Positions 14,318-28,200 of a stretch of 64,000 bases of DNA are shown here, piece by piece (position 1 is the first letter of the stretch; the number at the start of each line of letters is the position of its first letter). This DNA comes from the human T2T-CHM13v2.0 reference genome, Homo sapiens. Position numbers and translations under genes: made by a program. The notes under the pieces are model-generated. The model was not told the origin of the DNA. It made no database searches and saw nothing but the letters and a program-made list of their open reading frames with translations. The stretch lies in the NCBI RefSeq assembly GCF_009914755.1, contig NC_060928.1; one strand, given 5' to 3'.

Positions 14318-14603
14318 TTTGTTTGACACAGAGTCTTGCTCTGTGGCCCAGGCTGGAGTGCAGTGGTACAATCTCTGCCCACAGCAGCCTCTGCCTCCTG
14401 GGTTCAAATGATTCTTGTGCCTCAGCCTCCCAAGTAGCTGGGATTACAGGCGCGCAACACCACACCTGGATAATTTTATTTTTAGTAGAGACGGGGTTTC
14501 ACCATGTTGGCCATGCTGGTCTCAAACTCCTGACCTCAGGTGATTTGCTCGCCTTGACCTCCCAAACTTCTGGGATTACAGGCGTGAGCCACCGTGCCAG
14601 GTC
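14318..14603 (-). mobile_element. AluS (Sx/Sz-like)
   Basis: Reverse-complement full dimeric Alu including CTCCTGACCTCAGGTGAT. Confidence 0.93.
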
Positions 14604-14839
14604 TGGCATAACATTTTCAGAGGCCTTGCCTTCTCATCACTTCAGCTCTTGTCCAGGCTACTTACTCCCCATGTCTCAGAATCCATTACCTCCCACTTAA
14701 CCCATCAGTGTTTAGAAAAGCTGATTATTCCCCCAAATTTTACTTTTCAGCTTTTATGTTCCCCGGCTTAATCAATTTTATTTTCTTTCTCCTTCCCCCC
14801 TACTCTCCTTCTTCACCTCCAGCTTTTCTTCTTCTTTTC

Positions 14840-15300
14840 AGCCTCTAAATATTACAGTGCATTTGAGATGTAGTTTTGGCTTTCTCCCATGTATACTCTC
14901 ACCCTAGGTAATCTTATCCAGGCTTTTGGCTGGAACTATCTCAACACAGATAAGTCCAACATTTATATCTTCAACCTAGACCTATCTCTTAAACTCTAAA
15001 CTCTAATCCAACTGTATCTCTGCAAAGATGAGTAACAGGGATGGCAGACCTGGCTAAAAAGGACCCCCAATTCAAGCTGCTTCTTCAAACACGCTCCTCC
15101 GCCAGCCTTTCCCATCTCTCAAATGGCACTACCTTTACTCAGTCCCTCAAAACAAAACCTGAGGTTCATTTTGTATTCCTCAATTTTGTTCTGCCACGCT
15201 TTCTTCTAATTATTAGTCCATCTCTTTTCTAAATGCAAAACATATCCTGAATTTATCTCCACAAATACCACCCCAACCCGTCATCATCCCCCCTTCTGTA
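14840..15300 (+). mobile_element. L2 fragment
   Basis: Pyrimidine-rich L2 motifs (TACTCTCACCCTAGGTAATCTTATCCAG, TTCCCATCTCTCAAATGGCACTACC). Confidence 0.55.
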
Positions 15301-15357
15301 CCTCAGAGCCTCTGTACTTCCCTTTCTGCTGCCTCAACAATCTAAGGGATCCCCTAG

Positions 15358-15740
<383 letters not shown>

Positions 15741-17287
15741 TAGAACTGAATTCTTATGAAATACTTTGGCAAATAGAATAGTACAGAAAGTTACAACAAA
15801 ATCCCCACATCTACCTCACAGAATTAACAGATGTGAACCTTTATTATAGTTACCTTACTGCTTTAATGAAAATGTAATAGTATAAAAATAGTTGAACTTT
15901 CCTATTACTTTTTGTTATTTCTATTACTCATCCTTTTACATTCCCTCTGAGTGAACTCTATTTTAATCTTTTTGTAAGCCATTTCTGTTTTTCTTGATAT
16001 AAGCTTATGACATACATAAAAATACGTATGCAGTTTGCGGTTCATCTTTTAATTGTGTACGTGTGTGTTTTCTCAAATAAGAAGTTTTACTTTTAGCGAA
16101 GTTGAATTCATCAATATTATTTCTTATAATGTTTAGTTTATTGATCTTATTTAATAATTTTTTGTTACCCTAAGGCAGCAAAGGTATTTTTCTAGACTCC
16201 CTTCCAAAAAGTTAAAAATGTTAAGTTTGCTGTTGATACATTCAGATTTCTTTTTAATATATACTTTGGTGTAGACAAGTTATTTTACCTTTCCCCCTTC
16301 TAGATAGCCAGTTGTCCTACACCATCTGCTTAACATGAAATGCTACATCTGGTATATACCAAGTTCTCATGTTTGTGTGGGCTTATATTACTAGCCTTTA
16401 AAAAATCCATTTTTGGTTTTATCAGTCTTTTACTGTGTCTTCATTTTCTATTTTACATTTTTGTTTCTATCTTGATTTTTCTTCATTTTACTTTCATTTT
16501 CTTCTCATTTTGAAAACTTTTTATAACTTGAGTCCAATGTTCTGTCCTTTTTCTGACACTTAATTTCATACATGTTTTCATACATTTAACTTTATAAGTT
16601 TCTTTCTAATCTCACTTTAGCTATATTAAAAATTTTGGTGAATAATGCTTCAAATTCATTTAATTCTACATATTTCATAATTTCCATGCTTTCAGTGCTC
16701 TATGAATTTTTACAATTGTGTTTTATAATTCAAAACCCATGGGATATATCAGCTGTCTCTTTGTGTTTGTTTTGTCAGATGATATGGATTATGTTATTAC
16801 TTCCTGTTTGGGGCCATAATCATTTTTTGTAAATATTTATACATTTTTAATTGAAATTCATATCATTTACTTTTTGGCATAAGCTCTAATGAACATCTGT
16901 GACATCAAGTTTTTATAGGGAGTTCACATCTCCCATCACCTCACTAATTGGTTTCGGATTCATCTTTCAGTTCCTGAAGGACTTTTTGGTTTCTTTGACT
17001 CTCCTGAGCTGCTTCTTCACTTCCCTTGAGCCAAGGCATGTAAGTTTTCCAGTCTACAAGGAAGCAAATGCACTTTGAGACTCTGGGTTTTAGGAGGCTC
17101 AGTTTACCTCCCTCACAGGTTCTAGTCTCTACATTTGAGAGAGCATTCCACAGAAGTTTCCAACCTGATATGGCATGGGCTTCTAATAACGATGAAAGCC
17201 TTGATTTCTCCCTCACCCTCTGACACTGAGGGGTTTCTCCTTTGTTTCCTTCCTGCTTGGCAATGTTTTGAAATGTTGGTGCCTATT

Positions 17288-17660
17288 CACATATACACCA
17301 TGGAATACTATGCAGCCCTAAAAAAGTATGAATTCATGTTCTTTGCAGGGACACGGAGGAAGCTGGAAACCATCATTCTCAGCAAACTAACACAGGAGCA
17401 GAAAACCTAACACTGCATGTTCTCACTCATAAGTGGGAGTTGAACAATGAGAACACATGGACACAGGGTGGGGAACATCACACACCAGGGCCTGTCGGGG
17501 GGGTGGGGGCAAAGGGGAGGGATAGCGTTAGGACAAATACCTAATGTGGATGACGGGTTGAGGGGTGCAGCAAACCACCATGGCACATATGTACCTATGT
17601 AACAAACCTGCACATTCTGCACATGTATCCCAGAACTTAAAACATAATAATAAATTTTTA
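17288..17660 (+). mobile_element. 5'-truncated L1PA7/8-like 3' end
   Basis: ORF2 tail ([20 protein letters not shown]) plus 3' UTR; 17-bp TSD AAATGTTGGTGC(C/T)TATT at 17271-17287 and 17661-17677. Confidence 0.93.
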
Positions 17661-18075
17661 AAATGTTGGTGCTTATTGTTACATTTTAGGTATCACTTCT
17701 AAGGGTTCGTACCAGGAGGGGATCCTTTGGCAATAGTTCAGTTCTGCATTTTGCTGTATCAGGATAATCTTTTTATGACTGGTGTCCATCATACAACTCC
17801 CCTGTCTTCAGCTTCCAATAGCTTCCCCATATGGAGAGGAGGAGAGGAGACATCTACAAGATCTCACCTCCACCTACCACTCTGACGTTATTTTGCACCA
17901 CTTTTGTTGCTATTATAGAGACCCTGGCCTTCATTCTGTTCTTCGAACACAATTAGCTTATTCCCACCTTCTATCATTTGTATTCATGTTTCCTTATGCC
18001 TGAAATAGGTTTCATCCCATCTTTTCATAGTTGCAATTTTTGGCATGAAGGCCTGACCTCAAATGTCACGGTCTC

Positions 18076-18920
18076 AGGGCAAAGACAACTACATAATCTG
18101 TGGAGCCCAGAGCAAAATGCAAATGAATGGCCCTTGTTCAAAAGGAAAGAAAAGGTATAATTGAAGGTGCTAAAATATAGGTCTGTCTACTTTTTTCTGC
18201 AGTCAGTCTCTCATTGTGATATGATGTTTGTTGTTTGCGGTTTCATACTTTTCTAAGTAAAAAATTAAATTTTAAATTATTAGCATAAATTTTAATGCTC
18301 ATATTTATATTATGCAATGCCAGTTTTATATGCAAATATAAGAGCATTTAACTCATATGTAGAATCACCAAAATTACACAGTTCATATTTTGTAGCTCAC
18401 ATAGTAGGAAGTATTGTATTCTCGTTAGTACAATAAAAATGCTGCACAAAACTAACTCAGCTGTTTTTATTTAACTCCTTGACATGCTAATCTTCTACCA
18501 ATACTCTCTGCCTTTGATTTACTGATGAGTAAGGAAGAATCGAAAGGAAATCATTTTCATTGCTAGTGGTTGACTAATACAGTGAAGTACCGTAAGCAAG
18601 AAAGGATATGGTGGGGTGCTTAGGGCATTCGTGTTTATTAGAACACCATTGCCTTTCTTCTGCATTTGAAATGGAGCTATCAGCACCCCTCTTACTCAGT
18701 CCTAGTTGTAACTTGCTTACCTGTACCTGCTTTAAGTCTTGCTGAGCTATCATGTACTGTGGGTCCACCTGAATTCTGTGCTTATGGAGCATCATGGACA
18801 TGATAGGTGACTGAGGCTACAAGGACGATGCATGCTGAGGCTGTGCATATCTTTTCTGAAACAATGGTTGTTTGGAGTGAAAGGTGTGCACTCAGTATGG
18901 CATTGCTATTCTCAAGGCGT
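18076..18920 (+). mobile_element. Zaphod/MER115-like hAT-Tip100 DNA transposon fragment
   Basis: CTACATAATCTGTGGAGCCCAGAGCAAAATGCAAATGAATGGCCCTTGTTCAAAA resembles the recalled Zaphod/MER115 5' end; right boundary uncertain. Confidence 0.55.
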
Positions 18921-19902
18921 CTGGCCAATGTGAGGAAGGAAAGATAATACAAATTATATCCCACGACTTCTCCCTCCTTCTCCATTGACTTCCAGTTTTC
19001 TTTTCACCAGCGTCGTCAATCTCTCATTTCCAGTTTTTGTTTCATTTTCTATCCTAATTAATTTAGTTCTCACTTTTCATTCAGAAAAACAATATTTGAT
19101 TTCACTCTATAGCTCTTTGCCCACTTTTCACTCTCTATACCATTCTCACAGAGGGATCTAGAACCATAGCTTCACTTCCTTACCGCCAACGGATCCCCTA
19201 ACTGATCATCTTTTGTCTTCTACCACTATTTTGAATTTAACCCTCAAAAGTTACCTATGACATCCAGATTTCCAAGTCCTCTGGCCGCCGCCAGCTTTTA
19301 TTTGTTTTGCTTTTGCTAGTGTTTGGATAAGTCGTCCTGTTGCTGCTCTTTCCTCGGTCGGCCTTAACAAGGATGCCCCATATTTCCTAGTTTTCCTTCT
19401 GCTTTAATTGAAAATCATCTGTCTCCTAAACTCTGTGTTTCTTACCTACCACATGTGGACTGTTTCCAGAATTGAATCCTAGACTGCCTTCGTTTCTTTC
19501 TCCTGATTGTTCTCACCTATTCCTATTGATTATTTCAAGGAAATATGTATGTTGTCTATCTTATGTCTATCGTATAGCTAACTTCCACCTTTTTCCATGT
19601 GGCCACCATCTCTTTCCAGATCCCTAGTTCTACATTTCCACAGGTTTGGGTTCTTTTTTTTTCCCCCAAAATACCTGCTACCTCCACCCATTCCTTCTAT
19701 TATGACTCTGATTTAAACTTCCATCACCCCACATGAGTCTAATTATCAGCCTCTAATTCGTGTCATTTGTCTGCATTTTTCATGTTTAATCCATTGTCTG
19801 TACCACAACCAGGTTATGGCTCCTAAGACATTATTTAAGTTATGTCAATCTGCTACTCAGAAATGTTTAGTGACTCAGCAAGGTTTAAAATTTTTAAATC
19901 AA

Positions 19903-20018
19903 GGCCAGGCATGGTGGTTCATGCCTATAATCCCAGCACTTTGGGAGACCAAGGCAGGCAGATCCCTTGAGCCCTGAAGTTCAAGACCAGTCTGGACAGC
20001 GAGACCCTCTACCAAAAA

Positions 20019-20065
<47 letters not shown>

Positions 20066-20067
20066 AA
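19903..20067 (+). mobile_element. FLAM/AluJ monomer with (TAAA)n tail
   Basis: Single Alu left monomer followed by ~13 TAAA units. Confidence 0.88.
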
Positions 20068-22160
20068 TCCTTAACACTGCATTCATAGTTCTTTATAGTC
20101 TGACCCACATCAACTTTTATCTTTTACCTTATCTTCAGCGATTCCCCTTTTCTGATAATTTTTCTCTTTCCAGAATACTTTTGGTGCCTTACAGATCTTA
20201 GCTTACTATATTAATATCTGTAGTAGATTAAATACAAATTTAATACTTTTATCGAGATGAGTTATTATTAAAAGGACATTTCCTACAAACTAATAAGTTC
20301 ATGAGGTGGAAAATAGATATCCTGCAAACTCTTGATAATATAAATCTTCTATTGTCAGTTTGTTCAACCAAAAATTTAACCTTTCTGTTTCTCTCTCACT
20401 TTTAAAATTCTACACTTATATAAGGTTTTCTAAAATAAGAAACAGTACACTTGTGTACAATTTTTGAGCTGTCATTTTATAAATTAACATCTGTATAGAA
20501 GTTGAGAATTTTAGGGAACATTAAGCTTTGCCTGAGAAATTTTATTTTCTCTGCTGGAATGTAGAAGAAACTACAAAGTCCTTTAGTGCCAGAAGCCAAC
20601 AGAGTCAAAATTATTCATAGCTATTAAAAGACAAAAGGAAATTTCTCAGGGAGCACAAGAAAAGGTTCTTTTGTAGTCTGTCTACAGAAGCCAGTAAGAA
20701 GAAATACTTAGAAAGCCTATCTCTATTATAAACAATTACTGCCCAATTAGTGTATTGATGGGAGTGTGTGTTAATATGTTGGCTCTTTTTGTTACAGTGG
20801 TTACGTTTAAATCTTTCACCTCCAATTGCTGTACGATAAAGTGAGTAGAAGAACATTAAGACTTTTATTTGTAAAATTCAATTTTGAATGACAAATTTTC
20901 CATTCGTGGATAATGACTCTAAGCCTAAATGTGTATAGGCTTAGGAACCAGCTATACTCATCTGAAAGCAGCAGTAACTGCAAGAAAATACAAAGAGCAT
21001 GTAGCCTGCATGCGAGGAAGACATTTACGAGGCAGATGAAAGTATTGTTCTGAATATCACTCAATGCACCAATTAAATAAGGAAACAGGAAACCTTGACA
21101 ATTTAAAAAATATATACTAAGCATATCAGTATCATAACTTAACATATTTTACAAATGTTAGAGACCTAATGAATTTGACTAAAGCAGTTTAATTAAGGTA
21201 TAGTCTGCTGTGTTGCAACCCCCTTCCAGACAAAATAGCTCGGTGAAAAGGTAGTACGTCCCCAGTGAACTGTGAATATCAAAGTCGGAGAAAATTCTTC
21301 ATTTTAATGAGCTGCGTTTTCTGAGCCCAGACCTCTCCCCTGACAGGGTGGCTGCAGGAGGCAAAAGTGAAAGTAGTTGTTTTCCTTTGAGACATTCAAC
21401 TGCTAAATGCTGTGAATGCCAGAAATTAAAATAGTGACGCTAAGATTTTTTATGTCTGTTCTATCTTGCACTTGCCCTTGGGCTGGAAACTACACTTAAA
21501 ATGTCCAACAATTAAGATTTTTTTTAATATTTAGAAAACTATCACTTCTCCTCTGAATATCAAGACATTAAAAATATAACCCATTTCATTCCTAAAAGTT
21601 ATATTCCTCATTTTAGAACCACTTTGTGTAAATACAAATATCTAAACCCCATATAGTGTCCTTTTATTAACTAATGGTTAGATTTGTAATGCAAGCACTC
21701 TTTAAAACTAGAAATCAAAAATTGCACCTTTCATTGTTCGGAAAATTTACACAACATGGGTGATTGTTATTTTCTGCATGTTTCCCATGCGATATGGTCA
21801 AAGGAGGATAATGTCTTGATATCATTTTATAATATTTTCACTCTCTTTAAATAAGTTCAAGTGTGATCATTAGAAATGAAGTGTACCATTTGGGTGATTA
21901 TGTAAAAATATTATTCAGGGTAATAAATAACATAAAAACCAGATATTCAATCATATGATAACTGTCAATACTCAACCTCTTTGAACAGTCATCAGTTAAA
22001 TGCAAATACTGGTACAAATGCCACCAATGAATTATCTGGTTGGCAAGCACAGGAAACCTTAAATAATTATACTTGATTTCCATAAACATTTCCTGAGATC
22101 TAGAAGCAAAACTAATCATGATTTCAAATAAGTACATTCCAAAAGAAATAGCATAATTAC

Positions 22161-22286
22161 CTCGGTTAGCTAAGGGTCATCTAGCGCTCCTGGATTTACT
22201 CCAAGATACACGTAACTGCCCAGACCCAGGACAGCAGTTCATTGCAACCATCATAGAGTCAAAAATTCCACCACGATTTATAGCTT
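22161..22286 (-). other. Candidate internal exon (126 nt) of an unidentified minus-strand transcript
   Basis: Minus-strand acceptor GTTCTTTTTGTTAG| and donor GAG|GTAATT in a repeat-free block; one frame is open until TGA 16 nt before the donor. Confidence 0.35.
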
Positions 22287-22820
22287 CTAACAAAAAGAAC
22301 CAAGGTTGATCGCTATTTCTTCAGAATCCTTGCCTTCATGTGATTTTCAACACAGAAGATTGTCTTCCTTGGAAATCTAAGTGATTTTAATTGCATTCAA
22401 CTTAAGCATAAAGTTTTCTTAATATACAATAAGTATAAATCTTTGAACTTATTACTGTGTAAAATTAATGTATGCAACTGTGAATTTGTATAAGGTCCCT
22501 TAAATCCTACTTCAAGTATACTCATTCTTTTTTTTTCTAAAATCTTCCAATAGTATGTCCTTTCATCCCTTTCCCTTGTTTTCCAAAATCAAATGACTGG
22601 ACAAATACTTGTGGTTTCATGGGTTATCATCTAATCTAGGCTACCAGAGTTTCACAGTCACAAATATCATGTTTCACGTTGTCAGAGGGTGCTGCCATAT
22701 TAAGTAATCATTACCTACTCTCCACTATTGAGAACGTTTCCAAGTCACTCAGGAATCACAAGCATCTAGTTGGAATATTAACAGGGCAAACGTGGAGGTA
22801 AAAGGCAGCCACCATCTTAC

Positions 22821-22841
22821 CGTAGAAGGTCCAATAAACCC
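22821..22841 (-). other. Candidate 21-nt microexon
   Basis: TTTTTGAAAATAG|GGGTTTATTGGACCTTCTACG|GTAAGA on the minus strand; strong donor, weak acceptor. Confidence 0.25.
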
Positions 22842-24254
22842 CTATTTTCAAAAACTCATTTATCATACATGTATTTGAATTCATTCAGCCATATATAGTT
22901 TGATTGCACATGACCGTGATTAATATGCTCGTTAAAGTTTAGACTAGCTGTATTCTGTCTATGCCATCAGAATATCTATGGCTTTACAGATAATGTTTAG
23001 TCTGGTAGTGCTTTTTCTGAAAGAATGAACTTAAATCCGGATTTTATGGTAATAGCAGTGCTGAGATAACCATAATTTTTTGCAGAAACCCTTATTTACA
23101 ACCAAGGCATGATGTCTCTTCCTGATATGTGCTATATATTATATGATAAATTTAATAAAATGACTCATTTTATTGCATATTAGTACTTTCAAGGAGGAAA
23201 AGTCCAGCATTAGCAGTTCCAAAGTAGCATACCAAATTAAATTAATTACTATGATAAATAACATTAGGTCAGTCACCTGTAATAACGCAAGGTTTTGTTG
23301 TTGTTGTTTACACTGGGATGGGGAATGGTGGTTTTAGGGATTTGTACTCTGTGGCATAAAACTGTATCTTTTTCTTTTCATTTGTAATACAAAAGATGTA
23401 TTTTACTAAGGTGTGCAGGAATTTTAAAATAATCTATTGTATTTTGTATGTGGCTTTCCATAAAATGCATGTTCAGAAACATACATGTTCAAATAAATGC
23501 ATATTTGTTTTGATTAGTGAATTAAATATTTTGTTCATCTGCACTGACACACTTAAAATATTACTGTTTAATTTTTAATATAAAGTCCAAACTAAAATAT
23601 TTGTAGTTTCTCATTTTATAATTATTTATTTGTACAAAATTCATGTGAGTTACAATTATTTCTTAAGTGTTTTTCTGCTCCTATTCATACATAATTATTT
23701 TAGATATTTGTCAATTCTTTTTTTTTTTCTCATTTCTTCTTCTGTTTTAACTTCTCCGCATGTTTGTTTTGTACAACAAGCATTTATCAGGTTCCCACCA
23801 TTTTCAGATCTGAGCCCCTGGTGTTTCCTGAGTCAAAACAAGGTATTATCAGATGATTTTGCCAGAGGTTACCCTATTCTTTTTCTGTGGCTTGATTACA
23901 TCATAATATAGATTATAGTTGCACAAATAATACAAATGGACTCAAACCAGCAAACAATAGTAATATTAATTTTAGAAGCCAAAATTCAAATGTAGAAAGT
24001 TCTTAATTTTAGGAGCATAATTTTTGCACTAAAACTGCCCACCAGAAAGAGCCACACTAAAACATCCAGGTATGTTCTGTAAAAAAAAAAAATAAAATAA
24101 GCAAAAACAAAACATAAATAAATGAAGAAACATACAAAAAACTTTAGGTCTTACAGAAAATGTTTCTAATAGCTGAGAAAACTTTGCAGTAACATATAAT
24201 ATATGGTTGGAATATAAAATTATCTACAATATAATATAGATTTGATAGCTAAAA

Positions 24255-24470
24255 GTAACAAGATTCCTTAGATTTGAATTTCAGCCCTGGTAGTTATTGC
24301 ATGATGCTAGGCAAGTTGATGCTATTTATTATTCTCAATTTCTTCATCTGTGAAATGAAGATAATAAACTACCTAGTTCGTAGAGTCATTGTACGGATTA
24401 AGCAAATAGGGTACACAAAATACTTAGTATATTTTCTGCCTGGCAGTTATCATTTGATTACTATTAGATT
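24255..24470 (+). mobile_element. MIR
   Basis: GATTTGAATTTCAGCCCTG..GGCAAGTT..CTCAATTTCTTCATCTGTGAAATG core. Confidence 0.7.
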
Positions 24471-24726
24471 AATTATATTCATAGAATCATTTGTAGTTGA
24501 GTTCTTATATATTTAACTTTTTAATTTGTATTTTATGGAGAATATTTGAAAGAGTCCCCAAAGCTATATATCTTAGCTCTTGTACATATGAAAGAAAACT
24601 AGATATTTGAGTTATTCATTATTTTATTTTGAAATAAAATTTTGATTTATTTCCTTGATAATCTGCCGGAAAGTCAGGAAAATTATGTAGATTCATTGCA
24701 CCATTCTCTTTTTTTATTTCTCCCTC

Positions 24727-24727
<1 letters not shown>

Positions 24728-24761
<34 letters not shown>
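24728..24761. repeat. (CA)n microsatellite
   Basis: Pure CA run, ~17 units. Confidence 0.95.
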
Positions 24762-24763
<2 letters not shown>

Positions 24764-24957
24764 CCCAAACTGAAAATCGAGTATATAATTTAGTAATGTT
24801 TGATCATCCCTAAGGTAGGGAGTAAAATTGTGTGAATCCTCAGTGGCCTTAATAGACTAGAATTGTGGTATGTATCCAGGGAAGTAGGATTTAGTGGTAG
24901 CTTTTTACCGATTTTCTTGAGGTGCTCTGTCTAGTTACTTGGTTTCTTTGTTTTCAG

Positions 24958-25870
24958 ATTTTCTTGTAAATTTGTTGAAGTTCTTTGTAGATTCTGGATA
25001 TTAGCCCTTTGTCAGACGGATAGATTGTAAAGATTTTCTCCTATTCTGTAGGTTACCTGTTCACTCTGATGATAGTTTCTTTTTATTTATTTATTTATTT
25101 TTGTTATACTTTAAGTTCTAGGGTACATGTGCACGACGTGCAGGTTTGTTACATATGTAGACATGTGCCATGTTGGTGTGCTGCACCCATTAACTCGTCA
25201 TTTACATTAGGTATATCTCCTAATGCTATCCCTCCCCTCTCCCCCCACCCCATGACAGGCCCCAGTGTGTGATGTTCCCCTTCCTGTGTCCAAGTGTTCT
25301 TATTGTTCAATTCCCATCTATAAGTGAGAACATGCGGTCTTTGGGTTTTTGTCCTTGCGATAGTTTGCTGAGAATGATGGTTTCCAGCTTCTTCCATGTC
25401 CCTACAAAGGACATGAACTCATCCTTTTTTATGGCTGCATAATATTCCATGGTGTATATGTGCCACATTTTCTTAATCCAGTCTATCACTGATGGACATT
25501 TGGGTTGGTTCCAAGTCTTTGCTATTGTGAATAGTGCCGCAATAAACATACGTGTGCATGTGTCTTTATAGCAGCATGATTTATAATCCTTTGGGTATAT
25601 ACCCAGTAATGGGATGGCTGGGTCAAATGGTATTTCTATTTCTAGATCCTTGAGGAATCGCCACACTGTCTTCCACAATTTTACTGAGCAGAAGCTCTTT
25701 AGTTTAATTAGATCCCATTTGTCAATTTTGGCTTTTGTTGCCATTGCTTTTGGTGTTTTAGTCATGAAGTGTTTGCCCATGCCTATGTTCTGAATGGTAT
25801 TGCCTAGGTTTTCTTCCTGGGTTTTTATGGTTTTAGGTCTTAAGCTTAAGTCTTTAATCCATCTTGAGTT
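24958..25870 (-). mobile_element. Composite L1: older L1PA ORF2 fragment (24958-25084 plus 25680-25870) interrupted by a younger L1PA5/6-like 3' end (~25085-25679)
   Basis: L1 sequence GATAGTTTCTTTT|(A/G)CTG(A/T)GCAGAAGCTC is split by a poly(T)-headed L1 3' end. Confidence 0.9.
25307..25780 (-). pseudogene. Chimeric L1 ORF2p C-terminal fragment (157 aa)
   Basis: Translation matches ORF2p ([24 protein letters not shown] / LWKTVWRFL...FSLIDGN) with the middle segment missing. Confidence 0.85.
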
Positions 25871-25999
25871 TCAATGTGAGTATTAGAAAGATTTTCTTGA
25901 TACTTGAGTGTACGCTAGATTGATCTGAACTTCAAAAATTAGAAACAAACAAGAATGAAGCATCTAGTAATGCAGTTGCCCACAATTGCCTCTACCTGA

Positions 26000-28200
26000 A
26001 TGATCTTCCATTTCCTTCACTTAAGAATAGCTGGAGTGTCATGAGAAGAACCCAGTCTGGCCACTGTGGGGTGAGAAGTGGATTTACGATAGGAAAAAAC
26101 ACAGCAAGTCAAGTCAATACGTCAAGAGTTGTGGAAGTGTGCTGTGGTGTCACGTGAAGACGGAGGAACTGTCAGAGCAACAGCAGAAGAAACAGATGGG
26201 GAATTGAAAAGAACAATCCTTTTTCCTTTCTCTCATTCTGATTTGTCAATCAAAATTTTGGAGAAAATTATCAAAGAAAAAAATTTTTAAGGTCAATATG
26301 TTAGAAAAGCAAAAAGGAAAGAAAAACAGTGAAGAAGAAATGAAAAAAGAAAGGTGGTTTGTCTGTTTGATTTTATTATTAAGAGTGTGTAAAGACAGGA
26401 GGAATGTCTACAGTTTTGAAAGGAGCACTTTTCTTCCTGTGTGTTGAATGGAAGAAGAAGGAAACTCAACTAGATAGTCTGTAGATAGGCATACTGCTTT
26501 AATATGCTATTACAGTAAGAATATATCAAGAAGATGTGTAAATTAAAAAGTGTGTGTGTGTGTTTCTCCTTCAGAAATAATGAAAATAGCCTTGGAACAA
26601 CATGGTCTTTGGAAGGGATCATTAACTTGTTTAGAATTAAGAGGTTATGTTGTCTTTAATTCAAATCCCGTAAAAGATGTAGCTTCAAAGCAATAGCCAG
26701 AGTTGACTTTCGAAGCAATGGTTCCAAGAGAAAAACAATACAAAGCATAAAGAGAACTGTGCCATTCTATTTAGAAAATCGAGTGAATATCACAGATATT
26801 CATTTCCTCTCTTCAGCAAAGCAGAGAATGTGGAAAATTTAGTGACTTTGTTTGTAATATGTTTTTTTTTTTCTCACTGTAACACTTTCTGTTAAAGGCA
26901 GAAAGTGAGTTTAGGAATGTAAATGGTGTCACACAAAATTCAAAGAGAGTTGGCAAAGTCAGAATGAGGTTAGTCAGAGTCGAAGGGATTTGGCTGATAT
27001 AGGACTCCTCCATTTTGTACACACACACACACACACACACACACAGTTGAACAAACCATTTAACTAAAATGACTATGTGGAAAGGAACATCATTTTAGTT
27101 AGGGAGAATAGGGGTGCAGCAGTGGTCGCTGGAAAAAGAGAATCATATGACATCTCTGCAAGGAAAAGGACCATACCTACGCAAACTGGTTAAGCACATG
27201 TCATCATCAACGTGAAAGTGGCACAGCTGGGATAGATTCAAGGCGTCTCCACAAAAGGGGAAGAGAAGAAAACAGTAACATCTGCTCCAGTGAAGACTGG
27301 GAAGCCTCCCAGGGAGAGGAGGGTGACCCTCAGAGGGGGCTTCAGAGACAGAAGGAGAATAAAGAGGATGGATGCCACATTACGGCAATGGACAAAAATA
27401 AAAGAAAACCGCAACGAAGCTTGGGATGAACAGGGTTTCTTTAAGAAAACAGCGGGGCAAAGAAAATCCTTGAAGGAAAAAAAAAACGAGAAAACACTTC
27501 CTTCAGAAGAAATCATTTTAACTGAAATCTATAGAAGAGCTAAAAGGAGGTGGAAGGGAGAATGTTGAGATTTTAATGGTGGAAATGACTACAGAGAATG
27601 AAAATAACAGGCCCAGTGTGGCTGAAACTAAAGTCTGAGAAAAAAAGAATACAAGCAAGGGGAAGGAACACAGAACCTGAGATTAGGGCATGAGTTAGAC
27701 CGAAAGGAATCAAAGAGAGAAAGACGAGGTCTTTTAAAAAAAATCCTCAGAAGGATCAATAAATATGGGAAAACAGAATGGAAGGTGGTAACATAATGCC
27801 AGTAGCATGAAAAGTAGCGTGTGCAGGCTGCAGCAAGCTTTCCAATTAAAGGATGAAGAAGCAAACGATTGAACAGCCAAAAACAGTCTCTAAGAAGTAC
27901 CCAGTGTGAAGGATTTTTTTGAAGAAAAGATCTGACTGCTGATAGCAAAAAAAGACTTTTGAGATCTGCCCGAGGTCTGTTGTTTAAAAGGAATATGAGG
28001 GGATAGATGTTGTTCTGCATTCACAATAGAAAAAGGGTTGGCAATGACATTTTTAGAATTAGGGATACTCAGCACTAGAGGCCACTGAACACCAGTTGTA
28101 GGATATTTGTTTGGGAATCTTCTATCAAAGGCTGGTAGGATGCCCTAACGACACATCCCCCTGACTGGCTGGACCATTAAGATAAATTACAGAACTCGCT
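26000..28200 (-). mobile_element. Probable highly diverged L2/CR1-clade LINE ORF2 relic
   Basis: Long purine-skewed tract; the reverse complement has weak similarity to recalled L2 ORF2 motifs near 27790-27990. Confidence 0.3.
27018..27045. repeat. (CA)n microsatellite
   Basis: Pure CA run. Confidence 0.9.

Noticed and set aside
21230-21250. Plus-strand 21-nt microexon TTCCAG|...AAG|GTAGTA
   Set aside because: Weak donor, two of three frames contain stops, and no partner exons.
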